The notes: a model not told the origin generated them from the sequence alone. A stretch of 64,000 nucleotides of DNA from a virus (IMGVR_UViG_3300032931_000905:25021-89020); one strand, 5' to 3'; positions 10,118-19,968 are shown, counted from the stretch's first letter. Made by a program: numbers and translations.

Positions 10118-10312
10118 ATGAATTACTATAAAACGAATTTTGCGATGGTCCAGCATCATCACTGGGATCTTGACGCATTAGAATCCTTATTACCCTGGGA
10201 GCGGCATGTGTATATTCAGTTACTTCAAGCCTATTTGAAAGATGAAGCCGACGCCCGCGCCTTACAGGCACAGGCACAGAAACACCACACACCACGGAAG
10301 CGCACAGTCTAA
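10118..10312 (+). CDS. gp51: baseplate hub assembly protein gp51-like (possibly made by frameshift from gp26)
   Basis: NYYKTNFAMVQHHHW.L..LE.LLPWER.VY motif. Confidence 0.8.
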   Translation: MNYYKTNFAMVQHHHWDLDALESLLPWERHVYIQLLQAYLKDEADARALQAQAQKHHTPRKRTV

Positions 10313-12315
10313 TGGATGATTCAAAAGCCCCCATCGTCAATCTCGGTAAAGAAACTCGGCGCGATATTGCCGGCGCGATTCGTGAGTTGTCTCGTCAATT
10401 TCGAGAACAGCGGGACGAAAAGAAGACGCGCTCCTTTGCCGACAATATTGCTCATGGTATCGCTACCGGAGGTTCGATCAGCGGTTCAGTCAAAGATGCC
10501 GTCGGGGTCTCCGCTGAAAAAGCGAAAGATCGCTTCAAGAAGGCCATTGATCCCGTCCAGATCGTCAAGCGTCTGACAGGCTCCAAATTAGCGACCGTCC
10601 TGGCCGGGAAGGCCTTGGGGCGGAATCCGACCAAGGTTCGTTCCATTGCCGACATACCAGAACCATTCTCCCCAGAACAACAGCAGCAGGACACCTCACC
10701 GACGCCCTATACCACACCACAGGAATCTCCGAGCCAGGTCGGTTCTGAGAAGAATTCAGGTGTCTTTGCGGATATGCTCAAGTACATGGGACTCATCAAT
10801 CTCCAGGTCGCGTCAATTGCCAAGAAGCTCGGTGCCAATGTCGGTCGTAATGCCAAGGGACAATTCAATAAAATGAATGCCCCTCAAGAGAAGATTCTGG
10901 CAGATATTCAGAATCAATTGATCCTGAGCCACACAGAGGATAAAGCCTATCAACAACACGATGCGGATCTTGAAGAGGAACAAGCCAAGAGCCACACAGA
11001 GGATAAAGCCTATCAACAACACGATGCGGATCTTGAAGAGGAACAAGCCAAGCTGCTTCGGCAGTCTGACGCCTTGCAGAAACACGCCCTAGAAGAGGCA
11101 GAAAGGGCCCAGGACCGGGCAGGAAGACAAGGACATCCTGATGAGTCACCTTCTCAGATCGGAAGGCATGGTCTGATCGCCTCGATGCTGGGCAAAGGCG
11201 CCGGACATAAGGATGAAGGCTCTGGTATCTTCGGTGGACTCGCTCGCTTTGGGTCATCGGCCTTGGGGCTCGGTGGAGCGGCGGCGGCCGCGGGTGGTCT
11301 GGCATTGAAAGCCATCAGGCATCCTATTAAGGCCTTGAAATCCGTGGCAGGGGCCGCAGGAAAATTCCTGGCCCATCCCATCGAGACCACAAAGGCAGCG
11401 GTCTCTGCGATCAAGACGATGGCAGGCATCGCACCCAAAGCGGCCGCCGCAGTCGGGGGCATCGCACCCAAAGCCGCAGAGGCAATCACCAAGGCGCCAG
11501 GTGTGGTGTCGAACGTGGCCAAAGGCGGGAAGAAAGCGATTGGTTCCCTGGTCACCAAGCTGATGCCAGGCATGATGAAAAAATATGGTGGAAAGCTCGC
11601 CGGTTCTCTGGTACCAGGTATTGGTACCTTGATCGGTGCCGGGATGACCGTGGGCTCGTTGCTCAAAGGTGATTGGATCGGTGCCGGACTCAATGCGGTG
11701 GGTATGATACCCTATGCTGGTCTGGCGACGATTCCTGCCGCCATTGCGCGTGAAGTCTATTCTGATGTGTATGACGGGGCCGATCCCTTTACTGATCCCC
11801 TACGGGCAGAACGGATGCCTGAGTTATTGGCATCGGTGCGGGAGCAAGTCGGGAACTGGATCTCAGGAAAAGAACAATCACCAACCCAAGTTGCGGATGC
11901 CGACAAGAAGGAAGAGGCCATCGCTGGTACCTCTCCTACTCCTACTACTACTCCTACTACTCCTACTACTCCTACTCCTATGGTCGATGCGGCCGTCGCG
12001 GCCGCCAAGGAGCCCGCCGGTAAATTGGGTTCCGAGGGTCTGTGGGAGAAGTTTGAGAGAGAAGAACGCAGTTCACCGACCGTGTCGCCTGTCCCTCCAA
12101 AAATTGGCGGCGATCAACTCAATGCGCTATCCAGAGAACAGGTGTCCAGTCGTAGTATCAATGGTGATGGTTCGGTCTCGCAATCGCCCCCAGTGGTGAT
12201 GAACAGTAATCCGACCACGAATATTACCAATCAGATGTCACAAAAAATGGGTTCCACACGCAATACTGATTCGAGTTTTCTGCGACGACAAGATGCGTCT
12301 GCCTTTGCCACATAA
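10312..12315 (+). CDS. tape measure / gp29-like protein
   Basis: 667 aa, helical and Ala/Gly-rich with PGIG..GA..GD..GA motif; follows gp26/gp51. Confidence 0.7.
   Translation: MDDSKAPIVNLGKETRRDIAGAIRELSRQFREQRDEKKTRSFADNIAHGIATGGSISGSVKDAVGVSAEKAKDRFKKAIDPVQIVKRLTGSKLATVLAGKALGRNPTKVRSIADIPEPFSPEQQQQDTSPTPYTTPQESPSQVGSEKNSGVFADMLKYMGLINLQVASIAKKLGANVGRNAKGQFNKMNAPQEKILADIQNQLILSHTEDKAYQQHDADLEEEQAKSHTEDKAYQQHDADLEEEQAKLLRQSDALQKHALEEAERAQDRAGRQGHPDESPSQIGRHGLIASMLGKGAGHKDEGSGIFGGLARFGSSALGLGGAAAAAGGLALKAIRHPIKALKSVAGAAGKFLAHPIETTKAAVSAIKTMAGIAPKAAAAVGGIAPKAAEAITKAPGVVSNVAKGGKKAIGSLVTKLMPGMMKKYGGKLAGSLVPGIGTLIGAGMTVGSLLKGDWIGAGLNAVGMIPYAGLATIPAAIAREVYSDVYDGADPFTDPLRAERMPELLASVREQVGNWISGKEQSPTQVADADKKEEAIAGTSPTPTTTPTTPTTPTPMVDAAVAAAKEPAGKLGSEGLWEKFEREERSSPTVSPVPPKIGGDQLNALSREQVSSRSINGDGSVSQSPPVVMNSNPTTNITNQMSQKMGSTRNTDSSFLRRQDASAFAT
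10926..11052 (+). repeat. perfect 63-bp tandem duplication in tape measure
   Basis: SHTEDKAYQQHDADLEEEQAK encoded twice with identical DNA. Confidence 0.9.
11933..11980 (+). repeat. CCTACT/ACT microsatellite encoding a Pro/Thr linker
   Basis: cctactcctactactactcctactactcctactactcctactccta. Confidence 0.85.
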
Positions 12316-12351
12316 CACAGAAGCCGCTCCCTGTTACCAGAGAACGGCTTC
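12314..12351 (-). terminator. intrinsic terminator between convergent tape measure and gp32
   Basis: Minus strand GAAGCCGTTCTCTG-GTAA-CAGGGAGCGGCTTC then TGTGTT (14-bp stem with 2 G-U). Confidence 0.7.
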
Positions 12352-12382
12352 GATTGCTCGCTTCCTCACATGGAGGATGAGT

Positions 12383-13315
12383 CTACTTCACCAGGGACTT
12401 GAAATAATCCAGTTCTGAATTATCATCATCGACCGCAGGTGCCTCCTTCAACCCCACTTCCAATTCCTTCACCAAGACTGATGCCGGAGCCTGAGTCGGA
12501 CGGAACGGTTCAGGTGCTTTCACTTGGTCCGCCAGCGGGGCTTGCGCGACGGCCACTTGACCTGATCCCAGATAGCGATCCCAATTGGCTTTGATGGCCT
12601 CATAGGTCTTGAATTTGTCTGGGGAAATCAATTCCTTCAAGCAATGTTCCTTGGCGTGCAGGGCCACAAGTTCTTCTTCACTCTGCGAGATCGCCGAGGG
12701 TGCAGCAAACTCAGATTGTCCATAGTTTCTCTGCCCTTCCACTTTGGTGATACGAAGTTTGAAATTCGCACCTTCCCAAAAATCATAGGGCGTCATTGGG
12801 ACCTGATCGGGGAATATGGGCTTGATGGCGTTTTGAATCTTTTCGTAAATCTTGGCGCCAAAACGGAAAATTCTGACGGTGCCTTCGTTGGCGGGGGTCG
12901 CGGGATCTGAGATGACCAGGACATTCATGAAATACTCGACCTTTCGCTTTTGCTTGGAGGCGAGTTCACGATTGACCTTGAGATCGGTCGCCCAGAGGGC
13001 CTTATTGAATTCACAGACCGGACAGGTACCGCCATCCAATGTGGTCGGACAGTTCTCAATGAACCATCGTCCACCCGCATTCTGGAAGGCATGGGTAAAT
13101 TTTCTAATCCAAGGCAAGTCATCTCCGAGGGAGGCAGGAAGGAAACGAATGGTCGCAAAACCATTCCCAGGCTTATCGACGACAGGATACCACATCCGTT
13201 CGTCATCACGATCATATTGCACCTTGGGCTTGTTGCCGGATGCCAGTAATTTTGTGGCCTCTTCAAGAGAACCACGATTGCGTTTGAGTGCTGAAAAATC
13301 CATATAGACCTCCAA
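12383..13315 (-). CDS. gp32: single-stranded DNA-binding protein gp32
   Basis: D.R.W.P.VDK.GNG.ATIRFLP, HAFQ..GGRWFIENCPTT..CPVCE, FGAKIYEKI, acidic tail DYFKSL. Confidence 0.95.
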   Translation of the reverse strand: MEVYMDFSALKRNRGSLEEATKLLASGNKPKVQYDRDDERMWYPVVDKPGNGFATIRFLPASLGDDLPWIRKFTHAFQNAGGRWFIENCPTTLDGGTCPVCEFNKALWATDLKVNRELASKQKRKVEYFMNVLVISDPATPANEGTVRIFRFGAKIYEKIQNAIKPIFPDQVPMTPYDFWEGANFKLRITKVEGQRNYGQSEFAAPSAISQSEEELVALHAKEHCLKELISPDKFKTYEAIKANWDRYLGSGQVAVAQAPLADQVKAPEPFRPTQAPASVLVKELEVGLKEAPAVDDDNSELDYFKSLVK

Positions 13316-13363
13316 ATATAATGTGTAATTCAGATCGTGTTATGTGATCTGTCACTTGTATAT

Positions 13364-13392
13364 AGTATAACAGATTTTTGTGTGTCTGTCAA
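13364..13392 (-). promoter_or_regulatory. sigma70-type promoter for gp32
   Basis: TTGACA-N17-TATACT. Confidence 0.8.
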
Positions 13393-14012
13393 CTGTTTTC
13401 TTGTTGGTGTTGGGCGACCAGGGCCGCGACACGGGCCGAGATCATCGCGGCATCATAGGGGACAAAGAAGGCAAACTTAATGAGTTGCCGATAGAAGGTC
13501 GGCCAGATGATGGTATCCGTCACACGGGTTTTCCACATCGGCAAGAATTGCATGATGTTACCGAGGACACACACCGTCTCAATATCGATCTGCTTGTGTT
13601 GGACCTCTGTGGCCAAGGCGGGCCATCCCCCAGAGGTCACCGTGAGCATATCCATCGGTGTGGTATAGCGATCTAACAAATACCGCAGATCCTTTTCGAT
13701 GGTATACACCAGGGATTCTCGGACTTTGAGATGCGCCTGAAAATGATCCTTATGTTCAGATACATTAATGAGATCACGAATATAGGGTGAGTCATAGAGA
13801 TGATTACAGGCCAAAAAGAGCACCAAATGGTCCTGAGACTGAAACATCTTTGAGAGTTTGACAAAGGACCATTTATCAGGTCTCCGTTCAAAGGCCGCCG
13901 GTGTGAGTGAGCGAGGATGATCCCCATACTTGCCGATATCATAGGCATCCGAGGTCATGTGCAGCTTCACGGCCATATAGAGGCGATAGGCATCAAACGG
14001 TAGAACCGGCAT
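13389..14012 (-). CDS. gp59: helicase loader gp59
   Basis: YRLYMAVKLH.T...YD..KY, FERRPDK..F.KL, IETV..L motifs; upstream of gp32. Confidence 0.88.
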   Translation of the reverse strand: MPVLPFDAYRLYMAVKLHMTSDAYDIGKYGDHPRSLTPAAFERRPDKWSFVKLSKMFQSQDHLVLFLACNHLYDSPYIRDLINVSEHKDHFQAHLKVRESLVYTIEKDLRYLLDRYTTPMDMLTVTSGGWPALATEVQHKQIDIETVCVLGNIMQFLPMWKTRVTDTIIWPTFYRQLIKFAFFVPYDAAMISARVAALVAQHQQENS

Positions 14013-14273
14013 CGATCAGATCCTCCACATGGACCACCGAAGTCTCTTCCAGAATCATGGGTGCGATGATGTTGGTATAGAAGGCCACCATCATGGGGTC
14101 TTTAGCCTGGATCAACAGGGAATGGAAATAGGCGCGATCATCCATTGGCAATGCGTTTCTGCAAACGAAGGCGTTCGCGCAGGGACTTGCCAGGTCTGGC
14201 ATCAAGCCGCTGGATCTGTTGGGCCGGGGTCAACTGATTCCGTTCTGTCTGGCGGAGTTGGGCTTCTTCTCGT

Positions 14274-14642
14274 TTACGCTGGGTCGTTGGATTCATGGGA
14301 GACCTCCTTATGTTGTTGCTCTATGGTGACCGATAATAGGGTCGCATACTTGAATGTTCTCCAGGCACCCAGGTCCAGATCCCAGACCGTGAACAACAGA
14401 GGGTCCTTGGCAGGACCGGGATTGAAGGTTTCAATTGAACCTTCTTGGAGCGGTACCGGCACTTTGGGCCTTGACGCCTCAGGTATCATATTCCCCTGGG
14501 TCGTACAGTTCATCAGGCGTAGGACCCCGTTCTTTTTATGAAACGACACGGAGACTCGACCATGGGAGAGGTGTTCACGCAGGCTCTCAGGCGTCATCGG
14601 GACGAAGCGTGATTCATTGTGTAGATACATCTCGTTCAACAT
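14274..14642 (-). CDS. SH3/WYL-like beta-barrel protein (DUF2693-like)
   Basis: V.VSF.KKNG.LR.M.CT...VWDLD..AWRTF. Confidence 0.7.
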   Translation of the reverse strand: MLNEMYLHNESRFVPMTPESLREHLSHGRVSVSFHKKNGVLRLMNCTTQGNMIPEASRPKVPVPLQEGSIETFNPGPAKDPLLFTVWDLDLGAWRTFKYATLLSVTIEQQHKEVSHESNDPA

Positions 14643-14829
14643 GCTCGGTGATACTCCTTTCTAGGTGATCGGTGGATTTGGGTTCGCAGATATAGAATCC
14701 CGACTCCCCAAAAGACGGGCCCACATAATGGGCTCCAGGCATTCCACAGTGACGACACATAGGAACCTTCCCATGTAACTGAAGTCTTTCCATATTATCC
14801 TCGACTCAAGTGTTGTTCGACTCTTGAAT

Positions 14830-14858
14830 AGTATAACACACTGGGACCTAGATGTCAA
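14830..14858 (-). promoter_or_regulatory. sigma70-type promoter
   Basis: TTGACA-N17-TATACT. Confidence 0.75.
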
Positions 14859-14987
14859 GCAGTATTTTATGTCTACCGATTAGGTACCTTATGGTACCAC
14901 AATCTGGTAGGTACAGATGGCAAAGATGGTGGCCACTACCAAAGCGGCCACATACCAATAAAATGCGGTATCGAGGTTGTTCATAGA

Positions 14988-16286
14988 TCAATAATTCCAC
15001 TGTAATTGAAATCGCGCCACTTGTCCGTTGTGGATGTCATAGGGGGCATTGATGGTATCCGTCCGTTTCATCCAGGCATAGGCCACGGTCAATTCAAGCG
15101 ACTTGTTAATTTGGTATTCGACGCCGAGTTCGGTTTCATTCACACTATTGAATGGTGAGTTGGGACGATTCTTCTTGCCGCCATGGTATTCTTGCCAGCG
15201 CACATACGGCATGATATTGTCATACTTATACATGGCCTGGACATATCCACCTTGGAGATAGCCTTCCTGCACGGCCTTGGTCGTCGCATTGTATTCTGGT
15301 CCTCGGCCCCAGTTCCATTCGGCTTGGAGACCAAACGGTTGAGGATACAGGACAAAGTGGGTACCAATGCGTTCATCGTTGATATTCCCACCGTCAGGAA
15401 TCTTGGTCCCTGGTGTGACAGGAACATTGATCAGCCCACGGTAGGCATCGACGCCGACTTGCACGATTTGACCATACGGCAATTCAAAGGGATAGGTACT
15501 ATGCAAGACCACATGCTTATTGTCGTTGGCTTCTGAGACATTCAAGGATTGACCGTTGTAGACTCCGATACCGAAGATGCCATAGTCGCCGGACCCTTTG
15601 AGGCCACTGTCGACCAGGTACTTGAAGACTTTTCTTTTCTCAACAGGGGTGTAATAGAAGAACAGACCTGTATCTCGCTCATTGGGTACGCCGGAATTCA
15701 ACGCATCACTTCGATCAAAGGCGACTCGGTTCTGGCTGGATTGTAGCACATCAAAACTATAGGGGACTTTTGTAATACCTGCTCGGATACGATATTCCTT
15801 GTCCTGTGTCAACCAGAAATCGACATAGGCATCTCGGATTTGAGCAAAGTTCTGATTATTCACGGTACCGGTCGTACCAGGAGGCGCGGCCGCGAGGTCT
15901 ATTTGGGTATACATAGACACCCGCTCATGAACGTCACCTGAGACGATCAGGCGGGCCCGGCGGATCAGAAAGCCTTTGTTGTCCCCGATAGAACTATCAT
16001 ATTCATCGTTGAGTTTTTTATCGTCTAATGTGGCATTGTAGCGGAACTGGGTATAACCACGGAGGCTGATTTTGTCATACCATTTGGGATTGGCGGCCTT
16101 TTCGCTTTTAATCAGGCCTTCTTGTCTCTCTTGATCGGATTTAGATTTGAGCCATTCTTCTTTGGTGATCGTCCCTTTATCATAGAGAATATCATCCAGC
16201 CCTGCATGGGCCATGGTGCACAGACTCAGCCCGAGGACCATGCTGATCGCGGTTAAAGTGCCTACAATTAACGAAGTCTTCAGCAT
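14988..16286 (-). CDS. outer-membrane porin, OprO/OprP (phosphate-selective) family-like
   Basis: Signal peptide, ISLRGYTQFRYN, IRRARL, DAYVD, G..KVP....LQSSQNR...DR, amphipathic beta strands ending in LQWNY. Confidence 0.85.
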   Translation of the reverse strand: MLKTSLIVGTLTAISMVLGLSLCTMAHAGLDDILYDKGTITKEEWLKSKSDQERQEGLIKSEKAANPKWYDKISLRGYTQFRYNATLDDKKLNDEYDSSIGDNKGFLIRRARLIVSGDVHERVSMYTQIDLAAAPPGTTGTVNNQNFAQIRDAYVDFWLTQDKEYRIRAGITKVPYSFDVLQSSQNRVAFDRSDALNSGVPNERDTGLFFYYTPVEKRKVFKYLVDSGLKGSGDYGIFGIGVYNGQSLNVSEANDNKHVVLHSTYPFELPYGQIVQVGVDAYRGLINVPVTPGTKIPDGGNINDERIGTHFVLYPQPFGLQAEWNWGRGPEYNATTKAVQEGYLQGGYVQAMYKYDNIMPYVRWQEYHGGKKNRPNSPFNSVNETELGVEYQINKSLELTVAYAWMKRTDTINAPYDIHNGQVARFQLQWNY

Positions 16287-16361
16287 CCGTCCCCCTGTGA
16301 ATAAGATGTTGTTTCGACATCTATTTAAGGGCGACAGCGTAAAAACTGAGTAAACGAAGTG

Positions 16362-16652
16362 TTATTTCTGTGTTACATTATTGGTGTCAAAAATCACTTG
16401 TTCTACCTTGGATCGGATCACCGTGAATCCCAGGCCCTGGAAATACTCTGCCATCATGCAGGTCAGGGCAATGGCCGTGTCTTTATGATGATAGAGTTGT
16501 GTGGCATAACAACGGGTTCCGATACCAAGGTCTGGGTCCCCATCGATTTTAGAATAGCGCCATTTGGCACTGGTCACGCATCCTTCTATAAAATCCATAT
16601 CACGATTCAGAGGTTCTATGGTAATATGGCACTCATAATCCAGTTCAGTCAC
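16362..16652 (-). CDS. hypothetical protein
   Basis: 96-aa ORF in gene-dense minus-strand run. Confidence 0.5.
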   Translation of the reverse strand: MTELDYECHITIEPLNRDMDFIEGCVTSAKWRYSKIDGDPDLGIGTRCYATQLYHHKDTAIALTCMMAEYFQGLGFTVIRSKVEQVIFDTNNVTQK

Positions 16653-16736
16653 GATCTTTTCCCTTCCAGATCATATAACAGGTGGCACCCATCCAGAGAA
16701 TCACAATGAGCAAGGCAATCATGGCTGGGCGATCCA

Positions 16737-17195
16737 TCAGCGTGGCTCCGGTAATTGAAGGGAGGGATCTTTGCCGGTATAGGTCAGGATCTTTCCTTCT
16801 TCGGTGGTATAGACAAACCCAGTGGTCCCCATATACAATTTCATGTACAATTTCATGAGCATCAGGACGGTGGAGGCCATATAGCCTGCGGCATAATCAG
16901 AGGCTTTAATCATGACACCGGAGAACCCTGAGCGAGCCACACCTTCAGCATAGACAAACGCATCCATGAAAGTGGACACGAATGGTGCATCAATATGGGG
17001 GATTTTGTTCTTGACCGACGTTAAAAGTACGTGATACCGTTCACGCCCTTCGGGAACATCATCGGGCGTCACGATCACACCATAGTCTTTGGAGAGATCA
17101 TCCAGATACAGGAAGATCATCTTCTTGTTGATCGTATCATACCGAAAGGTAAAGCCATCATAGTTCGCGGGCTTCACGGTGAGGATATCAGTCAT
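16737..17195 (-). CDS. hypothetical protein
   Basis: 152-aa ORF overlapping the stop of the upstream ORF. Confidence 0.55.
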   Translation of the reverse strand: MTDILTVKPANYDGFTFRYDTINKKMIFLYLDDLSKDYGVIVTPDDVPEGRERYHVLLTSVKNKIPHIDAPFVSTFMDAFVYAEGVARSGFSGVMIKASDYAAGYMASTVLMLMKLYMKLYMGTTGFVYTTEEGKILTYTGKDPSLQLPEPR

Positions 17196-17415
17196 GGAGT
17201 AACCTATAGATGGCTTTGAAGGGCCATGAAATAAAGTACCAGAGCCCCAGGAACAGAAAGACCCCCGAGGCCAGAGTCAGGAGGATGCACACGATCACCA
17301 TGGCCAACAGAATAGGGGCCAGGAATATCACAGGGATCGCGGCGACCAGTATGGCTAGGGCGAGTAGAAGAATTGATAACGGTTCCATAACATCTCCTTG
17401 GGGGTTGAACGACAT
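17188..17415 (-). CDS. small membrane protein
   Basis: Two hydrophobic helices; preceded by TTGACA-N17-TATACT (17424-17452). Confidence 0.6.
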   Translation of the reverse strand: MSFNPQGDVMEPLSILLLALAILVAAIPVIFLAPILLAMVIVCILLTLASGVFLFLGLWYFISWPFKAIYRLLHD

Positions 17416-17456
17416 CTAGATAGAGTATAGCATGATAGGGCGGGTTTGTCAAGAGG

Positions 17457-17491
17457 AAAACAAAGGGGCAGAGTTGATCCCTGCCCCTCTG
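17457..17491 (-). terminator. intrinsic terminator downstream of gp33
   Basis: AGAGGGGCAGGG-ATCAA-CTCTGCCCCTTTGTTTT on minus strand. Confidence 0.75.
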
Positions 17492-17540
17492 AACATAGAA
17501 ACCTCCTGGGTTGATGACATGAAACGGGAATTGAGACTAT

Positions 17541-17768
17541 TTATATTGGTAATTTCGGAAAATGCTTGGATTTCATCAGATTCATATCCTCAGCATTGGC
17601 CGCCAATTTCTCCTTGAGACTCACACTGACCAAACGGGCGGCCACCTCGATCTCCAAGCCTGTTTGCTCACAGAGATAGAGGATCGCCTCCAAATGCGTC
17701 ATCCCATGATCGACGACCGTTTGTTCGACCTTGATAGAAAAATCGAATATCTCTTTGTTGGTAGGCAT
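17541..17768 (-). CDS. gp33: late transcription coactivator gp33
   Basis: FS..VE..V......LEAI..LCE..G.E.E..A.L.S..LKEKL...A..MNL. Confidence 0.88.
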   Translation of the reverse strand: MPTNKEIFDFSIKVEQTVVDHGMTHLEAILYLCEQTGLEIEVAARLVSVSLKEKLAANAEDMNLMKSKHFPKLPI

Positions 17769-18058
17769 TATGCTTTCGTTGATCCTGTGGTGACCTTGAT
17801 ATACAAACGCTCAAACAGTTCATGATCGGCCACTTCCGCCTCAAAATCCTGCTTGAAGAAGGTTTTGACCAGCTTCGTGAAGATTTTCTTGGGGATTTCC
17901 GTTTCTGCCACGATCTTCTTGACCGTTTCTGTGACATATTCCCGTTCACCGCGAGCCCGCGTCATGGCGCCTGCACATTCCTTGACGCCGTGATAAATCT
18001 TGGCGCGTTTCTCGTCGGAGAGATTGTTGATACTAAAATCGCCCTTGGGGGTCTTCAT
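17768..18058 (-). CDS. dsDNA-binding protein DsbA-like (T4-type)
   Basis: KE....MTR..GERE...E..K......IPKK.F.KL.K.FFKQDF..E; adjacent to gp33 as in T4. Confidence 0.75.
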   Translation of the reverse strand: MKTPKGDFSINNLSDEKRAKIYHGVKECAGAMTRARGEREYVTETVKKIVAETEIPKKIFTKLVKTFFKQDFEAEVADHELFERLYIKVTTGSTKA

Positions 18059-18603
18059 AATGACGGCTCCTTGTAAAAGAGATGATGATCTATCGCAGTC
18101 ACAAACACCTTTTGTTTGGACCACTGAGGATGCACATACACGGCATGAAAGTAGGTTGCATTCCCTATTCTGAGTAGTATAGCACGACTGAAGGTGTTTG
18201 TCAAGACTCTTTTTGCAAGATCGTGTGATTCATGCCAGATCTTAAAATTGACCTTTCGGGATGGCTCACAATGAAACGAAAACTGGCAGATGCGTTTCTC
18301 ATTGACCACAAAGGATTGCGCGATCACACCACAGACGGTATTGGGGTATCGCCGACTGACGACCCGATTCACGATCACCAGCGCCACGGCCTCTTTTCCG
18401 GCTACGCTTTCGTGTCCGGCTTCATAATAAATGGCGCGGGTCAGACAGTCGAGATCGTGTGTTTTGGTGGTCTGGGAGACAAAGACTGGATGGGGTTCAA
18501 ATGGTGGCGGAGCGATGGCCTGATGGGTCTCCCCATAGAGGAGACTGACAGAACCCACGAACAGCGTGATGCCTAACAGGATTTTACGAAGAGAGTGCCC
18601 CAT
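18055..18603 (-). CDS. cell wall hydrolase (SleB/Hydrolase_2 family)
   Basis: CL..AIYYEAG.ES..GK.AVA.V..NRV....PNTVCGV, CQFS, AT.FHA.YV.P.W, I..H.FY. Confidence 0.9.
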   Translation of the reverse strand: MGHSLRKILLGITLFVGSVSLLYGETHQAIAPPPFEPHPVFVSQTTKTHDLDCLTRAIYYEAGHESVAGKEAVALVIVNRVVSRRYPNTVCGVIAQSFVVNEKRICQFSFHCEPSRKVNFKIWHESHDLAKRVLTNTFSRAILLRIGNATYFHAVYVHPQWSKQKVFVTAIDHHLFYKEPSL

Positions 18604-19267
18604 AGGTGGTGAGTACCTCATATAATTCGTCAAGATGCGGTCGAGTCTTTTCGCAAATGATAGTCGGCTGGGTCTGACCTTCGACGGCAATGAGGATCGC
18701 CACGTGAGGCACCCGGAGACCTGTGCGCTCATGGATCATCAACGCATAGGCCGCGCATTGTAACACATAATGCTGGCACCAGTCACGGCGTTTCGGTTTA
18801 CCAGAGGTCTTATAATCTACGACCGTCATGATACCATCAATCGTCACAATCAGATCACAGGTACCAGCAAGCTTGAGGGTATCGGAATAGAGGGGTACTT
18901 CGGTACCATGAACGGTCTGGACATGCTGATCGAGCCAGGGACGAAGTTGTTGGAATAACTGATTGGTGCGGTCGCCTAACTCTTCATCAGGCTTGAGATC
19001 GTTATTCAGATAGGATTCACAGACTTTATGGAGGGTGGTCCCGCGGCCTGCCGCATCAGTAGAGACCCGGTTGGCTTCCACGGTACCGACTCGTTTTCTC
19101 CAGGCGATGATCGCCCCTTGGTTGATCTTGCCCATGACACTTGAGACGGACGGATAGCGAGCACCAGACGGGGTCAAGTAGGTGCGCCCCTGCCCTGAGT
19201 TTTCTTGGATCAAGTCATAGGATAATCCACCCAGAGGCGCGTGTTGGAAATACTTCAAAATGGACAC
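18584..19267 (-). CDS. PD-(D/E)XK exonuclease
   Basis: R.Y.TP.G..YPSV, GT.LH, LAGTCDL, DYKT, Q..AYA. Confidence 0.85.
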   Translation of the reverse strand: MSILKYFQHAPLGGLSYDLIQENSGQGRTYLTPSGARYPSVSSVMGKINQGAIIAWRKRVGTVEANRVSTDAAGRGTTLHKVCESYLNNDLKPDEELGDRTNQLFQQLRPWLDQHVQTVHGTEVPLYSDTLKLAGTCDLIVTIDGIMTVVDYKTSGKPKRRDWCQHYVLQCAAYALMIHERTGLRVPHVAILIAVEGQTQPTIICEKTRPHLDELYEVLTTYGALSS

Positions 19268-19968
19268 CGTTCCCGATAGGCATTTTCGGCAATCAGAAAA
19301 TCTTTGACCAGATCATCACGTACAATGTCCTGAGTCCCGAATTCAATACAGCAAAATTTTCCCATATCCCGAAGAATTTCCATAAAATGTCCGAGTCCTG
19401 TGCGTTCATCATGGCGCTGAAGATCCGATTGGCGATAATCACCACAGAAAATCAGCCGGCAGTTCTTGCCTATGCGGGTAATAATCGTATGCAATTCATG
19501 ATAGGACATATTCTGCATTTCATCGACCACAATCACCGCATCAGAGAAGGTCACCCCGCGAAGGTACGAGGTGGTCGTAAACTTCAAACTTCCTCGACCT
19601 TTGAGGTGTTCATAGGCATCAGCGCGTTCCAGGAGATCATTACAAATATCCCGATAGGGGTCTTCATAGACTGCAATCTTTTCTTTCAAGGTGCCTGGCA
19701 TGAACCCAATTTCGCGTGAGGGTACAACCGAGCGCACAATAATCACTTTATCGTAGAGCGGAATCACCTGGCTTGGCGTCGGGAGCGTCATCATCAAGGC
19801 CAGATTCAAGGAAATAAAGGTCTTGCCTGTGCCTGCCACACCATGGAGTAAGAGATGATCGCCTCTGTGAAAGGCCTTGAAGGTGTCGGATTGATTGATC
19901 GTGAGGGGCTTGACTCGTCGGAGGATGAGGGGTGACGCTACGATATCGAGGGTTTTGCGTTTGGCCAT
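19255..19968 (-). CDS. phoH: PhoH family ATPase
   Basis: GVAGTGKT, GFMPG...EK, LRG.TF, VDEMQN, TRIG, GD..QSD, IVR. Confidence 0.95.
   Translation of the reverse strand: MAKRKTLDIVASPLILRRVKPLTINQSDTFKAFHRGDHLLLHGVAGTGKTFISLNLALMMTLPTPSQVIPLYDKVIIVRSVVPSREIGFMPGTLKEKIAVYEDPYRDICNDLLERADAYEHLKGRGSLKFTTTSYLRGVTFSDAVIVVDEMQNMSYHELHTIITRIGKNCRLIFCGDYRQSDLQRHDERTGLGHFMEILRDMGKFCCIEFGTQDIVRDDLVKDFLIAENAYRERCPF

Noticed and set aside
11714-12199. Poly-Leu ORF resembling a membrane protein
   Set aside because: Alternative frame of the CCTACT microsatellite inside the tape measure gene
14988-16286. Host chromosomal contamination or prophage boundary around host-like genes
   Set aside because: Host-like genes are single, co-oriented, interleaved with T4 core genes and preceded by phage-type promoters; no integrase seen
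18584-19267. Cas4 / CRISPR system
   Set aside because: Typical T4-like PD-(D/E)XK exonuclease next to phoH; no repeat-spacer array seen in the window
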